The notes beneath the pieces were generated by a model, which worked only from the letters and a program-made list of their open reading frames with translations, was not told the origin of the DNA and searched no databases. A stretch of 64,000 bases of DNA from Candidatus Sabulitectum silens (GTDB taxonomy: Bacteria > Fermentibacterota > Fermentibacteria > Fermentibacterales > JCC-6), in assembly GCA_001875255.1 (NCBI GenBank), contig MJAN01000004.1:3316-67315 (forward strand). Direction: 5' to 3'. The first letter of the stretch is position 1; every line of letters begins with the position of its first letter. The position numbers and the translations under genes were made by a program. Below are positions 1-12,203 of this stretch, piece after piece.

Positions 1-570
1 CACTCCATAGTCCCCCAGCAGGGTGATTATCTTCTTCAGGGGGAGGATCATCCCCGTGGAACTGACTATGTGATCCACAAGGGCGTATTTCACAGAGGGG
101 TTCAGGGCCCGGGCAAAGGCATCAAGTATGGAATCCTCCCCGGGCACCGGATAGGGCAGCTCCACGGTGACTACATTTGCTCCTTCAGCCTCGGCCACTT
201 TTCTGAGGGCGTTGTTCGAAGAGAAATACTCCTGGTCTGAAACCAGAACGGAGTCGCCTCTATTCAGTTTGAGATTCCTCAGTACGGTATTGATGCCGGT
301 GGTGGCGTTCTCCACCATTGCCAGGGCACCGGGTTCAGCGCCGGTGAAGGTTTCAATCCGGGAAATTGTTTGACGGAGCATGGGCTGAAGGCGTTCCAGC
401 AGGAACTCCATCGGATCCCCTTCGATGATGCTCAGAAGCTCGGACCTGCCCTTGATCACCGCAGTGGGACAGGCACCGAAGGAGCCGTGGTTCAAAAAGA
501 CAATGCTTTCCTTCAGGCTCCAGTGATCGCTGAACCGGCTTCCTCCGGGGAACCGGTCAGGGGCATACAC
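1..570 (-). CDS. Class V PLP-dependent aminotransferase, isopenicillin-N-epimerase-like (runs off window edge)
   Basis: Manual translation from GTG at 570: MYAPDRFPGGSRFSDHWSLKESIVFLNHGSFGACP...MVENATTGINTVL...DQEY. FLNHGSFGA and NATTG are typical family motifs. Not in the ORF track because it is truncated. Confidence 0.8.
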   Translation of the reverse strand, partial: MYAPDRFPGGSRFSDHWSLKESIVFLNHGSFGACPTAVIKGRSELLSIIEGDPMEFLLERLQPMLRQTISRIETFTGAEPGALAMVENATTGINTVLRNLKLNRGDSVLVSDQEYFSSNNALRKVAEAEGANVVTVELPYPVPGEDSILDAFARALNPSVKYALVDHIVSSTGMILPLKKIITLLGDYGV

Positions 571-1003
571 AGCCGAGGCAAGCCTCCCGAAGAACGTGAC
601 CCTTCATGGCGACGGTGAGGTCGGCGGCCTTTATGGCTGAACCGGAGATGTCCAGCCTTCTGTCCAGGGCGTAAAGGGTGATTTTCAGCCTGAGGTCTTC
701 CGAGTTGCCCTGGGGACCTGTCCAGCCGATCTCACCGAAATCGTTCAAGCCCTGCCGGCTGCCGTCCTCAAGAACGCTATCCCGGGGAAGCTTCCCGTAG
801 ACGGTTTTCAGTGTGTTGGGAATGTTCCACATAAGCCAGTGGACCTTGTTCCTGGATGATGTGCAGATAAGGGCCAGGGAAACAGTGCCCTCCGGCTCGC
901 CATCCCAGCCAATGGGAGGGGAAGCGTTGAGGCCGCTGCCCGAGTACCATTCCGGAAGGAACTCTCCCTCGTTGAAAGCGCTGCTGCAGACTTTAAATTC
1001 CAT
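557..1003 (-). CDS. YbhB/YbcL family (PEBP/Raf kinase inhibitor-like) protein
   Basis: SSAFNEGEFLP..Y..SG.N.SPP..W..PEGT.SLAL, VHWLMWNIP, QGLNDFG..GWTGP, LYALD. Confidence 0.9.
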   Translation of the reverse strand: MEFKVCSSAFNEGEFLPEWYSGSGLNASPPIGWDGEPEGTVSLALICTSSRNKVHWLMWNIPNTLKTVYGKLPRDSVLEDGSRQGLNDFGEIGWTGPQGNSEDLRLKITLYALDRRLDISGSAIKAADLTVAMKGHVLREACLGCVCP

Positions 1004-1030
1004 TTCCCACCTCTTTCCTATGACATACGC

Positions 1031-1060
1031 AACATATCGTGTGTGAACCCGGATTGTAAA
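1031..1060 (-). promoter_or_regulatory. Candidate sigma70 promoter for the YbhB-like gene
   Basis: Minus strand TTTACA-N18-TATGTT in an AT-richer intergenic gap. Confidence 0.4.
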
Positions 1061-1069
1061 GGGGCGGGA

Positions 1070-2002
1070 CTATAAATCCGCCGGACACCTGTCCGCGTCG
1101 CCACAGGGAGCCCAGGGCTCGATCCTGGCTATCACATCCTTTATGGAGGGATCAAGGGCGAGGATGGCCTTTTCCACTTCCCTGGCGGTCAGGAAGGCCT
1201 GTTCCACCTGGATCTGACCCTCCACCTGGAGGTGCAGATCTACGAATATCCCTCCTGCCTGAAGCCTTGCCCTGAGGTCATGCACCCCCATGACGCCCCC
1301 GGTTTCAAGGACCGTTGCCCTGATCCTGTGGATGAACTCCGGGGGGGCGGCCTTGTTCGTCATCTGAAGCAGACCTGGCCAGAGCACCTTCCAGGCTGAG
1401 AACACCACGAAAATCGAGACCACCACCCCTGCGGCGGCATCAAGGAAGGCAAGTCCCGGGGATATCCGGGCTGCCAGCACGGCAACCAGCACCGGTATTG
1501 AGCTAAGGGCATCGCTTCGATTGTGGCTGGCGTTGGCGGCCAGGGCCATTGATCCGGTGATCCTGCTTTTTTTCAGTGTCCATCTGTAAAGGGTTTCCTT
1601 GACCACTATGGAAACGGCTGCCGCAACCGCCGCGGCGGTACCCGGCACCGTATGCACCCGGGTGCTTAAAAGTGCCTTCACCCCCTCATATCCAATACCA
1701 GACCCGCCGCAGCGAGCATCACCCCTATGAAGATGGCCACACCGGTCTCTATTCCTCTGTGTCCCACGGGATGGGACTCGTCCGGGGGGGCGGCACCAGT
1801 ATCGGGAACCTATGATCACAGCTATATCAGTGGATATGTCGGAAAGACTGTGTACGGAATCGGCCACAAGGGCCCTGCTGTTGGCGGCAAAGCCGGCATA
1901 GGCCTTCAGGGCGGTCAGAAGAAGGTTCACCACCAACCCGGTCAGGGCTGCTCGCCCTGTTATCTCAGAGTACGACTGATGCTCGTCTGATGTATTCCGC
2001 AT
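1070..2002 (-). CDS. Cation diffusion facilitator (FieF-like) transporter; two compensating frameshifts around 1700-1790
   Basis: SRALVADSVHSLSD, ANASHNRSDALSS, HDLRAR..VDLHL. The expected PPDxxHPxGH segment is in another frame. Confidence 0.9.
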   Translation of the reverse strand: MRNTSDEHQSYSEITGRAALTGLVVNLLLTALKAYAGFAANSRALVADSVHSLSDISTDIAVIIGSRYWCRPPGRVPSRGTQRNRDRCGHLHRGDARCGGSGIGYEGVKALLSTRVHTVPGTAAAVAAAVSIVVKETLYRWTLKKSRITGSMALAANASHNRSDALSSIPVLVAVLAARISPGLAFLDAAAGVVVSIFVVFSAWKVLWPGLLQMTNKAAPPEFIHRIRATVLETGGVMGVHDLRARLQAGGIFVDLHLQVEGQIQVEQAFLTAREVEKAILALDPSIKDVIARIEPWAPCGDADRCPADL

Positions 2003-3199
2003 AGAACCCTACACAGTTCAGATAGTCTTCAACGGCGATGCTCTCGTTGATGGAATGGAGAGCCCTATACCCATCCCACCCAGGTGAACAGGAAGGAACC
2101 GGTAGGTGTTGTCAGCTATCCTTCCGTACCTTCTGGAGTCGGTTGCCGCGGGAAAAACACCTGTTGTTATGGAACCACCAAGAACGGCGGCCATGGATTC
2201 CCGAAGGTGTCTGAAGTCCGGAGTATCGGTGTCCGCTATGCCAGAGGGTTCGGAAACACTGGGGTTTTCCAGAAGCTCTGCGGTTACTCCACTACCGGAG
2301 AGGGCGGAGGCGATGCACCGGGAACCCTTCCACGGAAGACAGCGGTGCCGGTCTGGTGTTAACTATGGCCTGGGCTCCGCCGGGAAGAACATTCTCCTTG
2401 CAGCCCCTGAAATGATGGTGGGTGCAAGGGTGGTCCCCTGGAACATGGCACCCTTCAGGGAATCCGGGAGTGGCGGATCACCAAAGTCGAGTTCTTCAAG
2501 AAGGACAATTGCCCGGGCCAGTTCACCTATGGCCGTCCTTTTCGGCGGTACTGAAGCGTGGCACTGAACAGCTTCCGAAACCAGACGGAAGGATGCATAG
2601 CCCTTTTCGGCAATACCGATCACCGCCGTTTCCCCGCCTGTGACCCCCTGGTAGATATAACCGCCCTCGTCCAGGACACTGCTGCACCTTACACCCATGG
2701 AGGAAAGCCTCGCGGTGATCGCTCCCGCCCCGTTAAGACCGCCAACCTCCTCGTCGTGACCAAAGGCAAGCAGCACCGTTCGGGATGGCTTGAAACCACG
2801 ATGAAGCAGTTGTTCACAGGCTTCCAGCATTCCGGCGAAACCGCACTTGTAATCGATGGTTCCCCTGCCGTATACCCTTCCCCGGTCCACACGGCCGCTG
2901 AAGGGATCGAAGGTCCAGTTGCCCTGGCCCGGGGGAACCACATCCTGATGGGCGGTGAGCATGAGGGGAGGGGCCTCGGGGCTGGTCCCACGCCAGAAAA
3001 GGAGCAGGGAGGCCTCCCCGATGACCTCGGTTTCCAGAGAGGAAAACACACCTGGCCAGCTGGAGAAGGCGTACTCCCTCATCCTGTGAAAGGGTTCAAG
3101 GGAGAACTCCTCCGGTGAGGAAACCGTGGGAAAGCCTATCGTTCCGGCAAACCTCTTTACCGCTTCTCCGGGGTGGGCGAGAAGGTCATTGTGTGACAT
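1965..3199 (-). CDS. M20 family metallopeptidase (frameshift near 2400)
   Basis: LTAHQDVVP, GRGTIDYK, GHDEEVGG, DEGG, AEKG. C-terminal part continues in another frame through TDTDS..F and HSINE. Confidence 0.85.
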
Positions 3200-4135
3200 T
3201 CGCCCATTTTATGTGAAAGCCGGAGTAGCCCAGTGTATCTGTATAAACGAGAACCGACTCGGCGATATTCACCGCTTCGAGAAGTGTTGATGTTCCCGGT
3301 ACTATCATTGTAATGTGAACCGGTCTGTCCTCGGTGTTCCTTCTGTTGATGGACCGTTCAACCTGGGAAAGACTTCTGTTGAAAACCCTCTGATTGAAAG
3401 CCATTGAGGTGACGGGCTCCACCACATCGGTGCCATACTCCTCCACCTGGCATCTGAACCACTCTTCGGTGAAAAGCAGTTTCAGCTCCACCGGCTGAAC
3501 CACCGTGGAGTCAACCTCCGGGGGAGGTACAGGCTTAAGAATGGGTACTGAGGCGTAGGCGGTTTCCGTGGAATCGAGCCAGGCGAAAAGGGAATCGGCT
3601 GCGAGATACCTGAAATCGGAACTGTTTATCTTCTGCCCCATGTAGTTCACCACCGGTTGAATGGAGATGGAGCCGTGGGCCAGGAAGGATACCGTGGTTC
3701 CCTCGGGTATGAGGGACAGATCCACATTTGTTCTGGGGGAAGCGGAGGTTCCCTCGGCATTGAACACATAGACTATATCCGTTCCCAGCATTATGGGAAG
3801 CGAATCAATGGGGATCTCCACCTCTTCAAGGGCGAGATCATCCCGGTTCACCTCCGGCTCGTACACGGACCGCTCGAAGTTGCTGACTATATAGATACCC
3901 CCAGTGCCCCCACCAGGAAGATGGCAAGCCCCAGAAGACCGGTCCGCTTGCGATGGGTGGGAACCAGCCTGGGTGTTTCCACCGGAGCGTCGGAGTCTTT
4001 GTCATGGAGGGGTTTCTGAAGGGCAGACCTCTGTTCCCTCAGGGGATCGTTCTGGTTGTCAAGCAGAAAACCGCAGTTCTCGCATCTGCCCCGGGTGCGC
4101 CCAGGATTTTCATGGCCGCAGCTTCTACAACGCAT
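3186..4135 (-). CDS. Zinc-ribbon membrane-anchored hypothetical protein (frameshift near 3890)
   Basis: N-terminal CxxC..CxxC and a TM helix (3887..4135) join the periplasmic part (3186..3866). Confidence 0.6.
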
Positions 4136-5821
4136 CGGTTACCTCCTCTGCATTCTCTGGCTCTGAAACCCCGGGGGTCTCAAGGGGAATAAGGTATTCC
4201 TGAAAAAAAGTCTTCGTCCACAAAGGATGATAAACAGCTTTCAAACTGTCTACAAGCCCCTCTATCACCTGTGTTTCCCGGTGCTGCCCCGCAACAGAGA
4301 GAACACGATCCCTTATCTCCCCAGTTCCGGGATGTGCTCGGGGTCTATGGAAAGAAGACTGAACCAGAGGCCGGAGGTTTCGTTAAGGGGAACGATGGTC
4401 TCTTCACCGGGTGTGAGGGCAAAGAGTATCTCACGGACATCCTCGGGAACCATTGACCTCTGAAGGGGAACCGTTCGGTAGCTCTCCCCCTCTTCGAGAA
4501 TGGGAGGGAAGGTTTCAAAGCGGTCAGCCGCTTCCAGGATGTTCTCTCCCGACTCGAGCATTGCCTCGGCGGTGTCTATACTGCTCTGGTCAGGGAGGTA
4601 GAGAACATTGAACACCCGTGATTCGGGGACGGGGAAATCCTCTCTGATCTCAGTGTAAACCTGGTTGATCAGGACCGAGTCCACCTCGATGCGGGGTTCT
4701 ATAACAAGGTCGTAGTAGTGATCGAGGACCGTTTCCATTTCCTTCCGGCGGATCCGGGTGGCGTTAACCTCCAGGGTATCCAGCCCGAGTTTCTCGGCCT
4801 CCTGCATCTCTACGTCATAAAGGGCCAGCTGCTCGGCATAGTCCCTTGTCCACTGATAACTCGCGGTATTCCTCGGGAGGTAGCCGGGAAGGTTCATGGC
4901 ATTTCGGTACACCGAGTATGCGGTTCTGGTGCCTCCGTCCCATGTTACGGCGATGAGCTCTTCCTCCTCTTCAGAGAAGGGCTGATAGCTCCTGGCATCT
5001 TCGGTGGCCCTGGAAACCAGCATCTCGATCACCTCGGGATTAACCTCAATGCCATGGGCGGTCCTCAGGCTGTCCTCGGCGAACTTCTTCCTCTCCTCCC
5101 TGGCCCTGGCAAGAAGCATGGAGGCTATCCGTGCGGAATCCTCCTGGAAGGGTGCCGGTTCGTATGTCCATACGGAATCTATCTGCAGTATCCTGTAACC
5201 AACCGGAACGGTGAAGGGACCTATGATCTCCCCCTGGACGGGATCGGTGATATGGGGGAGGTCCATTATGTTGGCATAGTTCCTGTCGGATATCTCAATC
5301 CGGCCGGCGGTGCTTCTGGTAATGTCTTCCAGACCGAACTCAACGGCGAAAACCGAGAGGTGTTCCCCTTCCCTTACCATTGTTGCCACACTGTCCATGA
5401 GAAGACTGTCGCGGAGGGCCAGGGCGGTGTACCTCACACCTGTCCCCAGGGTTTCCCAGAACTCCCTTACTTCCTCGTAATCGGATTCCACCTTGTCGAG
5501 TTCATGGGCGACCCAGGCGTTCTGAAGGATCTCCCTGCGCCTTTCATGGAGCATCCTCTGAACCTCGGGATCGTCGTAGGCGCCGAGTTCTTCCGCGTGG
5601 GCGAGAAAGAGTTCCCGGGCCAGGATATTGTCTCGAAGAACTGTCACCGCTGTGGAATCTCCCCTGTGCTCCTCGAAAGAGCCGGCAACCTCGCTGTCAA
5701 GGACCGACCGGCCGGCAACGGAAATGACCGCCCCGGGAACTTCCGGGCGTGGGTTCGAGCCGCATCCGGCCAGGACAGATAGGGTCAGGACAATAATGAG
5801 GTATTTCAAAACAAGCTCCAT
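4125..5821 (-). CDS. SurA/PpiC-like (parvulin-related) lipoprotein chaperone; frameshifted near the C-terminus
   Basis: Lipobox LAGC, SurA-N-like segment (ILARELFLAHAEELG), degenerate rotamase segments (GEIIGPFTVPVGYRILQI). 3' end approximate. Confidence 0.65.
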
Positions 5822-5909
5822 TCCGTTATTCCAAAGGTTTTACAAGTTTACCTGAGAGCATTATTGTTATGGTCTGAAAGGGAAATGTCAACAGGAAGGA
5901 CTGGGATCG

Positions 5910-7242
5910 ATGACAGCGTTTCTTATGGCCCTGCTGCTTCAGCTTGCGCCTCCGGACCTTCCGGGTTCATGGGAACTCGGGGCCTATGCCTATGACATGG
6001 ATACAGGGGAGGTGCTGCTTGACATCAACTCAGATGTCCCCTTCCGTCCAGCAAGCACGGTGAAGGTTCTCACCACCCTGGCGGCCCTTGAATACCTGGG
6101 GCCGGAGTATGTATACCACACCTCAATTATGGCGGACACAACGGGTAGGAACCTCATTCTTCGCGGCGCCGGAGCACCACTGCTGTCGGCGGAGGACGTG
6201 GCCAGGACCGCCATGGAAACCGCGGCGCTTCTCCCTGAGAACTCCTCCTGGAACCTCTACCTGGACATCGGCGCCTTCATGGGAGAAAGCCACCTTCCAG
6301 GATGGGACCAGAGCGACTGGAACAGAACCTACTGCCCGCCTGTAGAGCCACTTTGCATCGGTGACAACGTGATCCAGATCGTGGTGTCCGCCAAAGGCTC
6401 AGGGCTCAGGGTCTTCACCTATCCCCCCTCCCTTCACTTGTGATGAACTCATCGGGGCTGACCACTGGAAACAGCACTTCCATCACCGCCACCGGGGGCG
6501 ACTGGGAAACCGGAGTCCCGGAGATAACCCTTTCGGGAACAATTGAGAGGGTACCCGGGAGATTTTGTACAAGCCCTTTGCCGGCGCTCCGCTGGAACTT
6601 GCCCTGGTCCTTCAGGCGGAGCTTGCCCGACACGGGCTTGATGTGACCTACAGAGGTTTGTACCCCGTCAACCGCCAGGATCCTCCCTGCATGGTTGCTT
6701 CGGTGATGTATTCCGATCCCCTGTGGATCATACTGGCCTCAATGAACAAATGGAGCAGGAACATGGTGGCGGAGCAGATACTCTGGACCATCGCCCTGGA
6801 GGCGGCTGGAAGCCCCGGTTCCACCAGAGCGGGCTGCGATGTTTCAGGAGCGCTGCTGGAAAGCATCTGCCCCGGGCAGACCGGATGGCAGCTGGCGGAT
6901 GGCTCCGGGCTTTCAAGGCATAACCTTCTCACGGCCAGTCAACTGGCCACTGCCTTCCATGCCGGGGCTTCATCCCTGGAATACGGCCCGGAATTCATGG
7001 CGGGGTTCCCGGTCAACGGAGTGGACGGAACACTGCGCACCAGGATGACAGGTATCCCGGAGGGTGCCTTCAGGGGAAAAACAGGCTCGCTGAACGACAC
7101 CTGCACCATTACCGGAATACTGACTGCAGCAAGTGGAAGACCGGTGGCCCTTACCCTTTTCCTTCAGATACCCAGGGGACACCTGTGGAGGGCGAGATCC
7201 TGGCAGGATGCCTTCATAGAGGACCTTTACGGAACCCTTTAG
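5910..7242 (+). CDS. dacB: D-Ala-D-Ala carboxypeptidase/endopeptidase, PBP4 (S13); frameshifts near 6425 and 6560
   Basis: PASTVK (SxxK), SRN (SxN), [12 protein letters not shown] motifs across ORFs 5910..6443, 6440..6646 and 6565..7242. Confidence 0.9.
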
Positions 7243-7801
7243 CCCTTTGCCCGTTCCATGTACTCTCCGGTCCTGGTATCTATTCTGATCCTTTCACCCT
7301 CTTTTACGAAAAGGGGCACCTGAACCACAAAGCCGGTTTCCAGTGTGGCCGGTTTCGTACCGCCGGTGGCGGTGTCACCCTTAAGCCCGGGATCGGATTT
7401 CGTGATGAGCAGCTCGACGAAATTGGGGGCTCCACCATTATCGGCTTGTCTCCAACGAAGAGCACGTCCACATCGGATCCGTCGGTGAGATAATTGACGG
7501 CATCGCCTATGAGCTCGGTGGATAGGTCGATCTGTTCGAATGAGTCGGGATCCATCACCGTGTACATGTCATCGGTGTGGTAAAGAAGCTGAAAGACCCG
7601 TCTTTCAAGGCGGATATCCTGAACCTTCTCGCCGGCGCGCCAGGTCTTCTCAAGAACTTTTCCCTGAAGAACATCCTTGAGCTTCGACCGGACGAAGGCA
7701 GCGCCCTTGCCGGGATTTACGTGCTGAAACTCAAGTATCGAATAGTACCTGCCGTCGATGTCGAGAACCATTCCTCTTCTGAAGTCGTTTGTCGAAGCCA
7801 A
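7239..7801 (-). CDS. efp: Elongation factor P (frameshift near 7425)
   Basis: [18 protein letters not shown]. The C-terminal [26 protein letters not shown] is in a shifted frame. Confidence 0.95.
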
Positions 7802-7807
7802 TGTGAA

Positions 7808-8245
7808 CTACCTCCGCAGAATTTCCCTGATTATGTCGATTGCTGAAATGTATCCCTGAATACCGGCGCCGGATATAACGGCATCGGCTCCCTGGGCGGT
7901 AAGCATACGATGCCGGTAGGGTTCCCTTCTGTGTATCGGTGAAATGTGAACCTCCACAACCGGACCATGAAACCCTCGCATGGCGTCAAGGAGGGCAACT
8001 GAAGTATGGGAAAAACCTCCGGGATTGATCACCAGTCCGCTGCTGCCGGTTGAGGCGGCGTTAACCGCACCTACCATACCCCCCAGGAGATCATACTGCT
8101 GGAAGGTAACGGCTAAGTCCCAGAGGCTGGCATGGGAACGGATCCTGCTTTCCAGTTCCTCCGGTGTTTCCCCTCCGTACACCTCAGGCTCCCGTTTGCC
8201 CAGCATGCCGAGGTTGGGTCCGTTGATCACCGCGATGGTCGTCAT
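7808..8245 (-). CDS. aroQ: Type II 3-dehydroquinate dehydratase
   Basis: INGPNLGMLGKREPEVYG, INPGGFSHTSVALLDA, VEVHIS..H.RE. Confidence 0.95.
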   Translation of the reverse strand: MTTIAVINGPNLGMLGKREPEVYGGETPEELESRIRSHASLWDLAVTFQQYDLLGGMVGAVNAASTGSSGLVINPGGFSHTSVALLDAMRGFHGPVVEVHISPIHRREPYRHRMLTAQGADAVISGAGIQGYISAIDIIREILRR

Positions 8246-8906
8246 TTGTCGTATGTGGAAAGCCCCAGTTCTTCGCATTCCTCCGGGGTAAAAAGATCAT
8301 AAAGGCTTCTGGGAGCCCTCTCCCCCCCTCGGGCCTTTCCACGGATGGGTTTTCCCCGGAAGCCGCAGGGATTTCCCCTGTGTTTTCCTTCCCCGGAGAG
8401 CCGCCTGTTTTCTGGGCGGCGAGTATGGAGGCCATCCTGCCGGTTTCCGGGTATTTCACGTCCTGTCCGGTGAGGCGGGCATCCCTGAGGCCCTCCTCTT
8501 TCTTCTTCCTGGCCTTTTCAAGAATTGCCTCTATCTCCGGGTCACCGGGATACTCAAAGAGGTACTCCTCGAACAGCTCAATGGAGCGATCCCAGTTTCC
8601 CTTCTCAAAATGGAGTTCTCCAAGGCTTTTGATCGCTATAAGGTTCAGGGGATCGATGGAGATGACCTTCTCGAACACAGCTGTTGCCTCTTCGGTGAGG
8701 TCATTGTCCAGGGCGCACCGCCCGAAGATGACATTTACCGATATGTTGTCGGGCCAGTCGGCCAGACCCTTTCGTGCGACATCCAGGGCCTCGCTGTTCC
8801 TTTCGATCCTGCGGAGTTTGCCCGCAAGCCGGACACAGATGGCGGGGGAAGGGTTTGAGAGCCAGATCTGATACAGCTCCTGAATTTCGTTTTCGCCGTT
8901 GGGCAT
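8242..8906 (-). CDS. Tetratricopeptide repeat protein
   Basis: Helical TPR-like repeats (EATAVFEKVISIDPLN; SIELFEEYLFEYPGD). The C-terminus is probably frameshifted. Confidence 0.7.
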
Positions 8907-8908
8907 TG

Positions 8909-9863
8909 TTACTCCTTGTGGAACGTATTCATTATTATCCAGCCCTCGCGGAGGTAGGGTTCCTTGGCATGGCCGGGATTATACACCTCCATATCCAGAA
9001 TATACCACTCTGTGCCCCCATCAAGAACCCTTGTTGTGAAGGACCCGCATTCAGGTACTCGGGATTCCTCCATACACCGGTGAGCTGAATGCCGTTCAGC
9101 CCTGATGAAGCAATTGGTTCAGAGGTTGTCCTGGCCCTGTCCACGGAGTCTTCCCTGGCGTCGTAAAAGAAGTTCCTGGCCATGGCCTCCCTTGCCAGCA
9201 TTGCCCTCTCCGGTGTGAGTTCACCCCCGGAGGATATGATGGCTATACTGAGGAGAAGCATTGAATTGTCGTCGGGCTGGCGCTGGTACTGGATGAAGCC
9301 GTCGGCGGGCATCCACTTCCTTGTGGCATAGGACTTCGGCACATCCATGGTGAAACCCAGGGATGAAAGGCTGTCGATCCTCTCCGGTGATGACATGGAA
9401 GTGCTAACGAAACTTCTGTAAATATAGGCCCTCATCTGGTCGTTGCAGGCTTCAAGGAGAGCGTCCTGCAGCCCGGTGGGCAGCGTGGGGTCCGCCGGGG
9501 GGACGGTTGCGGCAATGACGGTCTGGTTGTTAGCCCATATATCCCTACCCTGCAGGATTCCCGAATCCGTTTCCCGGAGCCCCCCGGGAAATTCGTCGGC
9601 GTCCCCGGGGGAAAGCAGCATGAGAATGATCCGCCTTTCCCTCAGTGTACCGGTGAACTCAGGAAGGCTTGCGTAGGAAAAGCTGAAAACATTCTCGGGG
9701 TCCACGGTTTCCACAACTATCTGGATATCTTCCAGACCTCCGCTGTCGATGAACTCGGTAATGTCTTCGCTGTAAACGATCAGAACCCCGTTAAGGGGCC
9801 TATGGAATCCTGTTTGCACGAGGAGATCAGGAGCAGTGGCAGAAGCAGGGCCAGCCGTTTCAC
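8909..9863 (-). CDS. DUF4837-like lipoprotein (frameshifts near both ends)
   Basis: GTG-KRLALLLPLLLISSC lipoprotein signal, DIWANNQTVI, G.W.N...AGP. Confidence 0.6.
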
Positions 9864-10213
9864 TTCTTCCTCCGGTGGAAGAGGGGTTTTACCAGCCTGA
9901 AAATGCCAATGGCGGCGGGCAGGTATCCCACCACTCCCCGCAGGGCATCCGGCGCCGGTCCTCCGTTGACCCTTTTTGCAAGATACCTGACCTCGGCGGC
10001 GGTCTGGCCCACCTCCTGGCCTGTTTTTTCAACCTCGTGCAGGGTATCGGACAGGGCCGGGGAAAGTTCGGCGAGATCGTTCTGTACCCTTGTCAGAGTA
10101 GCTTCCAGGGTATCAAGGGTCTTCCTGAACCTTATCATTGCGATCACCATGAGACCGATCGCCCCCCAGAAACTAATGAGCCCCACCAGCAGAATTATGG
10201 ATGTTGCGTTCAT
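9860..10213 (-). CDS. DUF948-like membrane/coiled-coil protein
   Basis: N-terminal TM helix followed by coiled coil (LDTLEATLTRVQNDL..LSDTLHEV). Confidence 0.6.
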   Translation of the reverse strand: MNATSIILLVGLISFWGAIGLMVIAMIRFRKTLDTLEATLTRVQNDLAELSPALSDTLHEVEKTGQEVGQTAAEVRYLAKRVNGGPAPDALRGVVGYLPAAIGIFRLVKPLFHRRKK

Positions 10214-10235
10214 AGCTGCAAGTTCCCTTCGTGTA

Positions 10236-12203
10236 TCATCTTCTCAGAATAACTATCTCAACCCTTCTGTTCAGAGCCTTTCCGGCTTCGTCGAGGTTGG
10301 CCGCCGCAGGCCGTCTTTCACCGAACCAGATGGGTTCTATCTCAACATCGTAACCTTCCAGCTGTGTTTCCAGGTATCGGGCCACCGCAAGGGCCCGGCC
10401 ACTGGAAAGGCCGTCGTTGTAACTGAATGTGCCGTCGCTGGAGGCGTGCCCCTCAACGGAAACGAAGACGCCTGGATTGTTCCTGAGGGTCTGTACTATT
10501 CTGTCGAGATCGGGGTACTGGTCTTCCCTTATGGACTCGCTGGCATTGTCGAAATAGATGGTGGACATGGTGAGGCCCTCGCGCTCCCTGGCCACTATCA
10601 TGAACTGGAAGAGGCTGACGGGGTCGGTTTCGTAGTAGAGGTACTCGAGGTCTTCATCGATCTGCCTGCAGTCCACATCCAGGGGTATTCCACCCCTGAC
10701 CCGTGTGAGGCCTATGGAGGAGGGATCGATGCGGTTACGGTCCATCCACACCTTGCTCACCCTGAAACTCAGGCTGGCCTCGATGATATCCACGCTGTCA
10801 ACCTGATCGTAAACCAGCTCAGGCTCCACCATAACAAGCTCGGCCCGTCTGGATGAGATTATGAGATCATCGATCCTGTCCAGGGACGATTCAAAGTAGT
10901 AATAGCCCTCGTCCTCGTCCACCAGGGCCGACGGCATCCTTTCAAGGGTGTTGTCTTCGTTCACTCGGTAGAGCCTGAGGAGCCTCAGCTCAACATTGTT
11001 CTGTTCGAACCAGTACCGAGGAACTCGAAAAGCGGCGCTGAGATCCCTTATGTCCTCTTCGTTGAAGGTGGCCCTGGATGGGAAGTAGGCGTAGAGGATC
11101 TGGCCGTCGTCCAGCTTCAGGGTGCTGTTCAGGGGGATCTGGTCGAACTGGGCGATGACCAGTGAGTCGCCCTGGACATCTCTGTTTGCCCAGAGACTGA
11201 CCTCGGTGAGGTCGGTGCCGGTTTCCCAGGTCCTTCTGTCCACCAGGGGGGGAAGGGGCACCCGGGGTTCGCTTTCCAGCCACTGGGTTCCACCGAACCT
11301 GAAGGTCAGTCCTCCCCGGTGTCTTCCCCAGGTTGACTGCAGTTCGCCCATTGGAAGGGCAAAGCCATAGTCGAAGGAGATGGGAACGGCACCATCGTGA
11401 CGGGCGGAAATACCAGCGGTGAGTTCCGATGAGGCACCCAGGGCCCTGGTACGGAAACCCGCCCTGAGACCCCAGTTGGATTGCCGTCCTATCCATTTTT
11501 CAAGGCCCAGGGCAATGTCGATGTCTTTCTTGCCGTCGATGTCCTCCATTGACCAGTCCGCCTGGATCACCGGTGTAATGAACCTGGGGTAGAAGGCGAA
11601 ACCAGGGAGATCTCCATGGGATCGGGTCTTCCTCTCCTATGCCCATGTCCGGTCTGAGGATGTTCCTGGCCACACCGGCGAAGGTTACCCTTCTGCCCAG
11701 TTCCGCCTGAAACCGGCATCCAGGGATATTCCCTTTGCCCTGAGGCCACCGGCGAAGAGAGGGTCGTAGGAGGTGAACTCGTTATCCACATAGTCGCGGA
11801 AGGCATATCCGCCGGTGAACCCGAAGGATACCGGGAAGATACCCGGCCGGAAGGCCAGTGAGATGAGCCCCTCTCCCTGGGTATACTGATCGGAGGCACT
11901 CAGGAACTCGGCCCCGAGGCCAAAGGCAGCGAACCTCGTGATCGGCTGAACATAGCCAAGCGCGGCGAAGCCGATGGAGTTAAGGTCGAGATTGGGATAG
12001 AGGCTGGTGTACTCGGTACCCAGCATTATCCTCTGTGAGCGGAGCAGCCCCGCGGGGTTCCACCAGCAGGCCCAGGCGTCGTCGGCCAGGGGCACGAAGG
12101 CACCGGCCATCCCCATTGCCCTGGCACCGGGGTTGAGCACATCGGCGCCGGTAACCCCGTGGAAGAGAAAAAGGACTGTCAGAAGGATTATCTTGCGACG
12201 CAT
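10236..12203 (-). CDS. Outer-membrane protein: PorV/PorP-like beta-barrel + 2 PGF-pre-PGF-like repeats + OmpA-like peptidoglycan-binding domain (frameshifts near 11710 and 11600)
   Basis: Signal peptide, GARAMGMAGAF..LADD...WNPAGL, barrel end WGRHRGGLTFRFGG, IYFD..S..I, VEGHAS..G...N..LS..RA.AV..YL, NRRVEI. Confidence 0.8.

Noticed and set aside
4718-5782. Long plus-strand ORFs antisense to real genes (also 9903..10856, 31897..33186, 42580..43518, 44987..46111, 52805..53884, 61605..62540)
   Set aside because: Shadow ORFs expected from GC-rich codon bias; they have no recognisable motifs and fully overlap well-supported minus-strand genes
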